From the IMG/VR virus record IMGVR_UViG_3300031857_000212, positions 1 through 58,030 of that record: a stretch of DNA of 58,030 bases, one strand, 5' to 3'. Positions 8,711 to 15,758 of this stretch are shown piece after piece. Below the pieces are notes generated by a model. It worked only from the letters and a program-made list of their open reading frames with translations, made no database searches and was not told where the DNA came from. This DNA is from a virus. Lineage: Duplodnaviria > Caudoviricetes. Position numbers and translations under genes: made by a program. The first letter of the stretch is position 1. Each line of letters begins with the position of its first letter.

Positions 8711-9438
8711 TGTTAGAACTTTTATATGTTCTAGTTGTGACGCATATTACTATTTTATGCGTCACACTTTTTCTACATAGAGCCCAAGCGCACAGAGGTG
8801 TTACATTTCATCCAGCTGTGAGTCATTTTATGAGGTTCTGGTTATGGATGACCACTGGTATGGTAACGAAACAATGGGTAGCCATACACCGCAAACATCA
8901 CAGGTATAGTGATCAAGAAGGTGATCCTCACACACCTCATGTGTACGGTATTTGGCGTGTATTGTTTAAAGGTGCATTTTTATACCATGATGCTAGTAAA
9001 GATAAAGATATGGTTAATTCATATGGAGTTGGAACTCCTGATGACTGGATAGAAAATAATGTCTACACCAAACACAGTAAACTTGGTGTTAGCTTAATGA
9101 TGATTATTAATATTCTACTATTTGGATGGGTAGGATTGTTAATTTGGGGTATACAGATGATATGGATTCCATTCTGGGCAGCAGGAGTTGTGAATGGAAT
9201 AGGACATTGGGTAGGTTACCGTAATGGAACTACTAAAGATCAAAGTCGAAACATTAGTCCTTGGGGGATTATTATTGGTGGTGAAGAACTGCACAACAAC
9301 CATCACTTAAATCCTGCTAGCCCCAAATTAAGTAGAAGATGGTTTGAATTTGATATTGGTTGGATGTGGTTAACAATCCTAGACAAATTTAAATTGGCAA
9401 AAATTAAAAATGAAATACAAAACGATATTCATAAGTGA
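8710..9438 (+). CDS. desA: membrane fatty-acid (delta-9) desaturase, DesA-like
   Basis: Three His boxes HRAQAH, HRKHH, HNNHH; hydrophobic segments. Confidence 0.9.
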   Translation: MLELLYVLVVTHITILCVTLFLHRAQAHRGVTFHPAVSHFMRFWLWMTTGMVTKQWVAIHRKHHRYSDQEGDPHTPHVYGIWRVLFKGAFLYHDASKDKDMVNSYGVGTPDDWIENNVYTKHSKLGVSLMMIINILLFGWVGLLIWGIQMIWIPFWAAGVVNGIGHWVGYRNGTTKDQSRNISPWGIIIGGEELHNNHHLNPASPKLSRRWFEFDIGWMWLTILDKFKLAKIKNEIQNDIHK

Positions 9439-10192
9439 TGTACATTTAGGAACTCGTGATTGTCAAGCTGATAAATTAAATAATTTTTTGAAAAATAATA
9501 CCTGCGAGACTTTATATCTCGTGGGTGATATAATAGATGCATGGCGTATACAACAAAACAAATGGCGATGGAGACAAAGCCACACTAACGTAGTACGTCG
9601 TATATTGGGTCATGCTAAACGTGGCACAAGAGTGATTTACGTAGCAGGCAATCATGACGAATTCTTAAGACCAATGATACCATATGGTTTTAGTTTTGGT
9701 ACAATAGAAATACGCAATCAAGCAGAACATATAGGGGTAGATGGTAATCACTATCTTGTAGTTCATGGAGATCTATTTGATGGAATTACTAGACTCGCAC
9801 CATGGATAGCATTCTTAGGAGACAAAGCATATGACTTCGTTCTTAGTATCAATTCCAAATATAATTGGATACGTCATCGTATGGGTTTTGGGTACTTTAG
9901 CCTTAGCAAGTTCCTTAAGCATAAAGTTAAAAAAGCAGTAGACTTTGTATTCAAGTTTGAAGAAAACTTGGCGGGATATTGCAAGAAGCGTGGGTTTGAT
10001 GGAGTTATTTGTGGGCATATACACCATGCCGAGATTAAAGAGATTGATGGTGTCATGTATATGAATGATGGTGATTGGGTTGAATCTTGTACTGCATTAG
10101 TTGAGCATCATGATGGTCGATGGGAAATAGTAACATGGACTAAGGAGAAAGATGATGTGGTTGTTAATACTAGTAGCAGTGCACATGAATAA
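9410..10192 (+). CDS. LpxH2/PlcP-like metallophosphoesterase (candidate phospholipase C)
   Basis: FISDVHLG, LVGDIID, GNHDE, HGDLFD, CGHIH, NDGDWVESCTALVEH. Confidence 0.8.
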   Translation: MKYKTIFISDVHLGTRDCQADKLNNFLKNNTCETLYLVGDIIDAWRIQQNKWRWRQSHTNVVRRILGHAKRGTRVIYVAGNHDEFLRPMIPYGFSFGTIEIRNQAEHIGVDGNHYLVVHGDLFDGITRLAPWIAFLGDKAYDFVLSINSKYNWIRHRMGFGYFSLSKFLKHKVKKAVDFVFKFEENLAGYCKKRGFDGVICGHIHHAEIKEIDGVMYMNDGDWVESCTALVEHHDGRWEIVTWTKEKDDVVVNTSSSAHE

Positions 10193-10328
10193 TCCACAGG
10201 ATCAGCCAGGAAAAATTGAATTAGAATTCAAAGATCGGATGAGTTGCGAATTCGCTTTGGCATCAATGAAGTTTGAATTGAAGTTTAAGAATTTTAAGGT
10301 AGAAGGTAAATGTCAAAAAATACTTTAG
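10152..10328 (+). CDS. small exported/membrane-anchored protein (58 aa, not in ORF track)
   Basis: AGGAG RBS at 10143-10147; MMWLLILVAVH...two Cys...KCQKIL*. Confidence 0.65.
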   Translation: MMWLLILVAVHMNNPQDQPGKIELEFKDRMSCEFALASMKFELKFKNFKVEGKCQKIL

Positions 10329-11029
10329 AGGATAAAATCACAATAGTTGTTCCATGTAAGAACGAAGAAAACTATATTGCGCATTTATTAATGCATTTAC
10401 GTCAACAATCGATAGGCAATACTAAAATTATCATTGCTGATTGCTCAACTGACAAAACACGAGAAGTTATTCAAATAATGAAGGGTGAATTGAATGTTGA
10501 GGTTATTGATGGTGGACCAGTTTCTATTGCAAAGAACAATGGCGCAAAATTAGTAACAACTCCATACATACTGTTTATTGATAGCGATGTAAGATTTTTC
10601 TCTAACACAGTTATACTTGACACAGTAAATGAATTAGAGTATAATAACTTAGATCTCATTGGATTGTATGCGAAGTGTTATGATGGTAATTTAACTGCAC
10701 AAATTGGATTTATGTTATTCAATGCAGTTAACAACATATTGAAATATAAAGTTCCATTTGCTGTTGGTGCTTACATGTTAACACGAAGAAACAAGTTTGA
10801 AGAATTTGGTGGATTTCCTGCCAAGTTTGGAACTAGTGAAGACTTCTTTCTCTCTAAGATGTATGATGTTAAAAAGTTCAAATTGGTGAATCATTATTTT
10901 GGGCAGGACAGTAGAAGATTTAAGAAGATGGGATATTTTGGCATGGCTACATATCTTATCAAAAATTTTTGGAATAGAAATAATGAAGAATATTGGAACA
11001 AAATGGATTATTCGAAATATTGGAACTAA
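10310..11029 (+). CDS. glycosyltransferase family 2
   Basis: IVVPCKNEE, ADCSTDKT, AKNNGA, LFIDSD (DxD), SEDFFL, SRRF. Confidence 0.9.
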   Translation: MSKNTLEDKITIVVPCKNEENYIAHLLMHLRQQSIGNTKIIIADCSTDKTREVIQIMKGELNVEVIDGGPVSIAKNNGAKLVTTPYILFIDSDVRFFSNTVILDTVNELEYNNLDLIGLYAKCYDGNLTAQIGFMLFNAVNNILKYKVPFAVGAYMLTRRNKFEEFGGFPAKFGTSEDFFLSKMYDVKKFKLVNHYFGQDSRRFKKMGYFGMATYLIKNFWNRNNEEYWNKMDYSKYWN

Positions 11030-11683
11030 ATGAAGACATTTATACATCATGATTTACCCAAACTCGAACGTGCCACATCCTCCGATGGAACAAGAGTCTA
11101 CAAGACTCCATCGGGTTCAGCCTATCCAAGCGTCACTACCGTTACAGGATTACACACAGCAAAGGGAATCGCAGAGTGGAGAAAGCGAGTCGGAAACGAA
11201 GAAGCAAACCGAATCTCTGGAAAAGCATCAGCAAGAGGCACAAGGATTCACGGATACTGTGAAGACTACCTACGAGGAAACTTATTCGAAGCCGACATGT
11301 TCGACCTCGAAATGTTCAACTCCATTAAACCCTTACTTGACAAAGTCGACAAAATTCACTGCTTGGAAGATCCACTCTATTCTGACCACTTACAAGTCGC
11401 TGGAACAGTTGATTGTATCGCAGAGTTCCAAGGTAAACTTAGTGTCATAGATTTTAAGACATCAAGTAAACCAAAAGATCGTGATGATATTCATAACTAT
11501 TTTATGCAAACTGCAGCATACGCTGTTGCCTTTGAAGAGAGAACAGGCATTCCTGTTGGTAGACTTGTAATTATTATGGCTGTTGATAATGATGATCCTC
11601 GTTGGTTTATCGAGAAACGTGATAACTGGATTGGTGGGTTTCGCAAACTAAGACTTGACTATAAGAATAAATATAACATCTAA
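11030..11683 (+). CDS. PD-(D/E)XK exonuclease of T4-like phages
   Basis: YPSVTTV, RGTRIH, AGTVDC, IDFKTS, YFMQ..AY. Confidence 0.88.
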   Translation: MKTFIHHDLPKLERATSSDGTRVYKTPSGSAYPSVTTVTGLHTAKGIAEWRKRVGNEEANRISGKASARGTRIHGYCEDYLRGNLFEADMFDLEMFNSIKPLLDKVDKIHCLEDPLYSDHLQVAGTVDCIAEFQGKLSVIDFKTSSKPKDRDDIHNYFMQTAAYAVAFEERTGIPVGRLVIIMAVDNDDPRWFIEKRDNWIGGFRKLRLDYKNKYNI

Positions 11684-11684
11684 T

Positions 11685-11713
11685 TTGCCTTGCAAGAAAT
11701 TGTGGGGTATAAT
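11685..11713 (+). promoter_or_regulatory. tmRNA promoter, TTGCAA class
   Basis: TTGCCT-TGCAA, 17-nt spacer, TATAAT. Confidence 0.8.
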
Positions 11714-11719
11714 TAGTGT

Positions 11720-11976
11720 ATTGTTGTAATTCCTTCAAAGCAAAGGACTTCTGGACGTGGGTTCGACTCCCACCATCTCCACCATAAGAGTTGTTTAGAA
11801 TTTTTATGATGGGGATGCCATGGTTTCGACAGGGGTAGATAGTGGCGACGGCAACACAGTAGGCGATGACTGTAAATCAAGCAAAAAAGTAAATGCAAAC
11901 GACTCTGTCTACGCATTGGCAGCCTAAACGCTGACTAGGGTTTCGATTGGTTTCCTCGTAACAGAATAACCAATCA
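11720..11976 (+). ncRNA. ssrA: circularly permuted (two-piece) tmRNA; tag ANDSVYALAA
   Basis: T-arm GTGGG-TTCGACT-CCCAC (11757-11773) and CATCTCC-A-CCA (11774-11784) precede the 5' strand GGGGATG (11811-11817), giving a 7-bp acceptor stem with G3:U; tag frame 11895-11927; outer ends approximate. Confidence 0.93.
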
Positions 11977-11999
11977 TTAATTTTTTAAATGAGGACATT

Positions 12000-12272
12000 A
12001 TGATTGAACCATTGGGTAAAAAAGTTTACATTGCTGAAGTGAAAGTTGATGAGCGAAAAACTGAATCAGGCATTATTCTTGAGGGTGCGGCTTCTGTTAA
12101 AGTAACTAAGTTCGCTGAAGTATTAGAGATCGGTTACGATGTAAAGAAAGTTCGCAAGGGCGATAAAATTGTTCTTGATTGGGGTAAGTGCATACCAGTT
12201 AAGATCGGTAATGTTGAACGTGCACTGATTGACGAAGAAAACATCTTAGCGATTTATCGTGAAGATCAATAA
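12000..12272 (+). CDS. groES: co-chaperonin GroES (Cpn10)
   Basis: PLG..V, KTESGIIL mobile loop, VRKGDKI, LIDEENILA. Confidence 0.88.
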   Translation: MIEPLGKKVYIAEVKVDERKTESGIILEGAASVKVTKFAEVLEIGYDVKKVRKGDKIVLDWGKCIPVKIGNVERALIDEENILAIYREDQ

Positions 12273-12291
12273 TTAACTTTAAAGGAAACTT

Positions 12292-12486
12292 ATGAAACAT
12301 TTAATCGCATTGGTACTTACAACTTTTGCACTTTCTGCTTTTGCAGCAGACCCAGTTAAAGCACCAGCAACTCCTGCTCCAGAAAACACTAACTGTGTTA
12401 AGAAAGATAAGAATGGTAAGTGTCCTCCACTTCCAGATTCTCCAAAGCCAACTCCAAAGAAAAAAGCTGAAGAGAAAAAGTCCTAA
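12292..12486 (+). CDS. small secreted Pro/Lys-rich protein
   Basis: Signal peptide MKHLIALVLTTFALSAFA; CVKKDKNGKC loop. Confidence 0.75.
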   Translation: MKHLIALVLTTFALSAFAADPVKAPATPAPENTNCVKKDKNGKCPPLPDSPKPTPKKKAEEKKS

Positions 12487-12556
12487 ATAGTATTACTGGC
12501 TTGGTGGAGCCAGTTAAAAAAACCACCATTACACACAACTTTTTACACACAAGGAG
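12483..12556 (+). promoter_or_regulatory. candidate late promoter, pseudoknotted leader and TTACACACAA repeats
   Basis: CTAAATA 12483-12489; stem ACTGGCT/AGCCAGT with loop TGGTGG complementary to CCACCA 12523-12528; TTACACACAA at 12529 and 12543; GGAG RBS. Confidence 0.6.
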
Positions 12557-12563
12557 AAAAACT

Positions 12564-12836
12564 ATGGCAAATCTCACGCCATTTGAAATCCGTCTTGAAC
12601 TTCTCAAGATGGCAAAAGACATGCTTAACGATGACTACTACGGTAAGCGTGAACAAATTAGCAACGACTGGCAACAGAAAGTCGAATCTGCTAAACTCAA
12701 TGGTGGTACAATTCCTGATCATCCAGGATTTCCCACTATCCCATCTGAACAAGAAATTATTGCCAAAGCATCGGTACTTAATGGATTTGTTTCAAACATC
12801 CCACTAGATACAAAGACTAGCAAGAAGTCCACCTGA
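12564..12836 (+). CDS. hypothetical phage protein (90 aa)
   Basis: AAGGAG RBS; MANLTPFEIRLELLKMAKDML; start reassigned to 12564. Confidence 0.8.
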   Translation: MANLTPFEIRLELLKMAKDMLNDDYYGKREQISNDWQQKVESAKLNGGTIPDHPGFPTIPSEQEIIAKASVLNGFVSNIPLDTKTSKKST

Positions 12837-12844
12837 TAGGGATT

Positions 12845-12874
12845 GGATTGCAGGATACACACATCCTGCAATCC
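12845..12874 (+). other. perfect 12-bp hairpin with ACACAC loop
   Basis: GGATTGCAGGAT-ACACAC-ATCCTGCAATCC; weak U-tract, so terminator role uncertain. Confidence 0.75.
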
Positions 12875-12896
12875 TTAACTGTTTTAAGGAGATACA

Positions 12897-13520
12897 ATGC
12901 GAACTAAAAAGATACTGGCAATTGTCAGCTTATTGATTTTATCAATAATCGCAACTACATTATATGCATCAAATAACATTTTTACACTGGATGATAAAAT
13001 TCTTGATGTTGCGTATTCAGAATTAACAAAAGATACTAAGAAACAAATTGATTGCTTGGCAGACAACATCTACCATGAGGCAAGAAGTGAACCAGAGAAA
13101 GGCAAAGTTGCCGTTGCTCTAGTGACCTTAAATAGAGTTGAAGACCCAAGATTTCCAAAAGACATCTGTGGGGTAGTCAAACAAAAGACACAAGGTATGT
13201 GTCAATTTTCTTGGTTCTGTACTGCAGTCAAAAGTAATAAAGGAAGTGAATCGTATCAGTCAGCGAAAGAAGTTGCTGTATACGTTTATGCCAACTACGA
13301 GAAACTACACGATATAACTAAAGGTGCTTTGTATTATCACGCTGATTATGTAAATCCAGGATGGAAGTTACAGAAAACAGTTACTATCGGTCGACATATT
13401 TTTTATAAAGAAGGTGGCAAAAACTATGATGGAAAAACTAAACCTCCAGCTGAAAGACGATTCAGCTTCGAGACATTCTTTCTTTCTGATGATGGAGGAG
13501 ATAAGTTTATCAACTTGTAA
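12897..13520 (+). CDS. cell wall hydrolase, SleB/Hydrolase_2 family
   Basis: CLADNIYHEAR, VA.VTLNRV, ICGVV.Q, CQFSW, GALYYHADYV.P.W, IGRHIFY; N-terminal signal anchor. Confidence 0.9.
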   Translation: MRTKKILAIVSLLILSIIATTLYASNNIFTLDDKILDVAYSELTKDTKKQIDCLADNIYHEARSEPEKGKVAVALVTLNRVEDPRFPKDICGVVKQKTQGMCQFSWFCTAVKSNKGSESYQSAKEVAVYVYANYEKLHDITKGALYYHADYVNPGWKLQKTVTIGRHIFYKEGGKNYDGKTKPPAERRFSFETFFLSDDGGDKFINL

Positions 13521-13986
13521 GAATGCAATTGAGTGGGTGTTTGAAGCAAACTTTGCTGAAGAACGACCAGACATGCTTAATCTTATTATTTGCTCTCCAG
13601 GTGGAGATTTGAATGCTGCTTTTGCTATGGTTGACACAATGCGTGGATCAGCCATTCCCATTAGAACAATTGGCTTGGGTCAAATTGCTTCTGCTGGATT
13701 AATGATTTTTATTGCTGGTGAAAAGGGACAACGTATTCTTACACCGAATACTTCTATTCTCTCTCACCAATATTCATGGGGTGCTTTCGGTAAAGAACAT
13801 GAGTTGTTTGCTCAAATTAAAGAGTTCGACTTAACTACCAAACGCATGATTGCTCATTACAAAAAATGTACTGGGTTATCAGATAAAGAAATTCGTGAAG
13901 TATTGTTGCCACCACAAGATATTTGGTTGAGCGCAAATGAAGCGAAAAAATATGGGATTTGCGACGATGTTAAAGATATTAAGTAA
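13426..13986 (+). CDS. clpP: ClpP-like serine protease subunit
   Basis: ICSPGG, GQIASAG (Ser), LSHQ (His), QDIWLSANEAKKYGICD (Asp). Confidence 0.9.
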   Translation: MMEKLNLQLKDDSASRHSFFLMMEEISLSTCKNAIEWVFEANFAEERPDMLNLIICSPGGDLNAAFAMVDTMRGSAIPIRTIGLGQIASAGLMIFIAGEKGQRILTPNTSILSHQYSWGAFGKEHELFAQIKEFDLTTKRMIAHYKKCTGLSDKEIREVLLPPQDIWLSANEAKKYGICDDVKDIK

Positions 13987-14155
13987 ATACGTACGTTATT
14001 CTGGTTTGTGGTTTGGATTGGTAATCAATCCATATCATTGGGATTTCAGATTTGAGTTTCTACATCCAGATGATTTGAATCCCAACATGCGTGGGATTTA
14101 TGTGACACTCGGACCAATTTGGGTTCGTGGTGTTGTTGATGATGGTTCATGGTAA
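13967..14155 (+). CDS. hypothetical protein
   Basis: ORF track; likely start MLKILSKY. Confidence 0.6.
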   Translation: MLKILSKYVRYSGLWFGLVINPYHWDFRFEFLHPDDLNPNMRGIYVTLGPIWVRGVVDDGSW

Positions 14156-14164
14156 GGAGAAAAT

Positions 14165-14380
14165 ATGAAAGCTGAATTTATTACATGTATCGTTGGTGCA
14201 GTTATTGTTTTGGTCACTAGTGTTTTGTGTTTAACGCACTACAATTTGCAACGTGATCTTGCGATGAAAAGTAACATCGAATCTGCTATTGTAAAGGGCA
14301 TTGACCCGATGTCTGTTAGGTGCGCTTACGGATATTCCGACACAGTTTGCGTCGTCTATACGGCAAATTTGAAGAAATAA
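14165..14380 (+). CDS. small membrane-anchored protein
   Basis: AAGGAG RBS; N-terminal TM helix; KGIDPMSVRCAY. Confidence 0.7.
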   Translation: MKAEFITCIVGAVIVLVTSVLCLTHYNLQRDLAMKSNIESAIVKGIDPMSVRCAYGYSDTVCVVYTANLKK

Positions 14381-14384
14381 CCCG

Positions 14385-14413
14385 ATAACCCTACTCTCTG
14401 TAGGGTTATTTTT
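14385..14413 (+). terminator. rho-independent terminator
   Basis: ATAACCCTAC-TCTCT-GTAGGGTTAT followed by T-run. Confidence 0.75.
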
Positions 14414-14421
14414 CCCTTATA

Positions 14422-14481
14422 AATCAACAACTTACCAGCGTCTAGATAGGTGTTTACTTTAATTCGTAGGTGATGTATAAT
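14422..14481 (+). promoter_or_regulatory. early-type promoter with upstream IHF-consensus site
   Basis: AATCAACAACTTA (WATCAANNNNTTR) 14422-14434; TTTACT 14453-14458, 17-nt spacer, TATAAT 14476-14481. Confidence 0.65.
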
Positions 14482-14512
14482 AACTCTATTGTCTAGGAAA
14501 ACGGAGTTAATT

Positions 14513-14755
14513 ATGGAAAAAGTTGAAATGCTAGTTTTTGGTAAACGTGCCTTAGTGGACGCTGACATGGTCAAAAAGATGACTCGTAAAGAGGCATTGG
14601 TTGGTAAGGCTACAGGTCTGCAAGATGGTTTGGAAAATTCTGCAGTTCCAAAAACTGATCCAATGTATCAGATGTTTGAGGCAGAGTTGCACAAAACAAT
14701 GGGGCAGATTATTCGTCTGAACCGCACGATTCGTCAAAATGTTCGCTTTATTTAA
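14513..14755 (+). CDS. hypothetical protein
   Basis: GGAG RBS; start reassigned to ATG 14513. Confidence 0.7.
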   Translation: MEKVEMLVFGKRALVDADMVKKMTRKEALVGKATGLQDGLENSAVPKTDPMYQMFEAELHKTMGQIIRLNRTIRQNVRFI

Positions 14756-14766
14756 GGAGAAATAAA

Positions 14767-15075
14767 ATGAAGAAATTTATTGTAGCTGTAGTTGCTGGTC
14801 TAGTTTTTAGTAGTTCTGCATTTGCATGGGGTCCACGTGAGCAAGGTGCGCTTGCTGGTATTGCTGGTCTGTGGGCATTTCAACAATTGCAGAGAGCAGG
14901 ACAACCTCAAGTCATCTATCAGCAGACACCACCTGTAATCATGCAACAGCCACCTGTAATCATGCAACAGCCACCTGTGATTTATGCACCACAACCTCAG
15001 CAATATTGCGAGTATACAGTGGTGACTGATCAATTTGGTTTCCAACGTAGTGTGCCTTTTTGCTACTATCGATAA
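14767..15075 (+). CDS. secreted Gln/Pro-rich protein
   Basis: AAGGAG RBS; signal peptide; Gly-rich hydrophobic helix; QQPPVI repeats. Confidence 0.75.
   Translation: MKKFIVAVVAGLVFSSSAFAWGPREQGALAGIAGLWAFQQLQRAGQPQVIYQQTPPVIMQQPPVIMQQPPVIYAPQPQQYCEYTVVTDQFGFQRSVPFCYYR
14929..14978 (+). repeat. 21-nt tandem repeat (two full copies plus partial)
   Basis: CCACCTGTAATCATGCAACAG x2 + CCACCTGT. Confidence 0.9.
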
Positions 15076-15078
15076 GTG

Positions 15079-15107
15079 TTGACTTGCAAAATACTTTAGG
15101 GTATAAT
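15079..15107 (+). promoter_or_regulatory. sigma70-type promoter, TTGCAA class (leaderless)
   Basis: TTGACT-TGCAA, 17-nt spacer, TATAAT; ATG 6 nt downstream. Confidence 0.8.
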
Positions 15108-15113
15108 TACATC

Positions 15114-15461
15114 ATGACTACTTTGATTTACACCTCGTTTAAAAAACGCAAGCCATCGAAACCTACAGCGAAGCAACGTCAAGTTCAAGCTGACTGGGAA
15201 GCACTACTAAAGAAGTATGAGCCCAAGAAACCGATCCAAGCAAAGACGGATGCGTTCTCATACTCGCTTGGAGCACCTGCTTGTCGTGAGACACCTAAGA
15301 TTCCAAGTCTTCCATTTACTGGTGGTGTTTGTGCCAAGAAAGAAAATCCAGTCTACACTGGAAACGCTATCAAAGGTATTGGCACCATGCACAAGTCAAA
15401 CTCTGTGCCTATCTTTACCGACGAACAAGCTGTTGAAATTGCAACAATGCGTCGTAATTGA
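15114..15461 (+). CDS. basic hypothetical protein
   Basis: YTG..IKGIGTMHKSNSVPIF C-terminal motif familiar from T4-like phages; start reassigned. Confidence 0.75.
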   Translation: MTTLIYTSFKKRKPSKPTAKQRQVQADWEALLKKYEPKKPIQAKTDAFSYSLGAPACRETPKIPSLPFTGGVCAKKENPVYTGNAIKGIGTMHKSNSVPIFTDEQAVEIATMRRN

Positions 15462-15486
15462 CTTGCAAAACTTTTTAAGGTATAAT
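15458..15486 (+). promoter_or_regulatory. sigma70-type promoter, TTGCAA class (leaderless)
   Basis: TTGACT-TGCAA, 17-nt spacer, TATAAT; ATG 5 nt downstream. Confidence 0.8.
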
Positions 15487-15491
15487 ATATT

Positions 15492-15758
15492 ATGAATCCC
15501 GCTTACTCCCAAATCGTATCTCAAGCAACTGATCGTGACTTCAACGGCATTGTTCAAACTAGAAATACTCTGTATGTTGAACGCATGCGTCTTGACAAAT
15601 TCTTTACTTTGTTCCTTGACAAATTTGAACGCAATATGGATCCAGATAATACGAATACTCCGATTTGGAATCTCTATAAAACTAAACTGAAGGAATATGA
15701 TGATGTCCAGCGATCAATTAAAGCAGCCGACTACTACCTCACAAAGCAGAATGTTTAA
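15492..15758 (+). CDS. hypothetical protein
   Basis: ORF track. Confidence 0.7.
   Translation: MNPAYSQIVSQATDRDFNGIVQTRNTLYVERMRLDKFFTLFLDKFERNMDPDNTNTPIWNLYKTKLKEYDDVQRSIKAADYYLTKQNV

Noticed and set aside
7000-9410. Pho box upstream of phoH or the lipid cassette
   Set aside because: No convincing CTGTCAT-type 11-bp tandem repeat seen by eye, so phosphate regulation is unsupported
9410-10192. Annotation as lipid A enzyme LpxH
   Set aside because: GNHD instead of GNRD and no other lpx genes; PlcP/LpxH2-like preferred, though untested
11030-11683. Cas4 or CRISPR-associated nuclease
   Set aside because: Lacks the four-Cys Fe-S pattern; no CRISPR array or cas genes seen in the window
11713-11916. 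67-aa minus-strand ORF, or a stand-alone tRNA at 11745-11784
   Set aside because: The ORF is antisense to the tmRNA; the tRNA-like part has no anticodon arm and its 5' acceptor strand lies downstream
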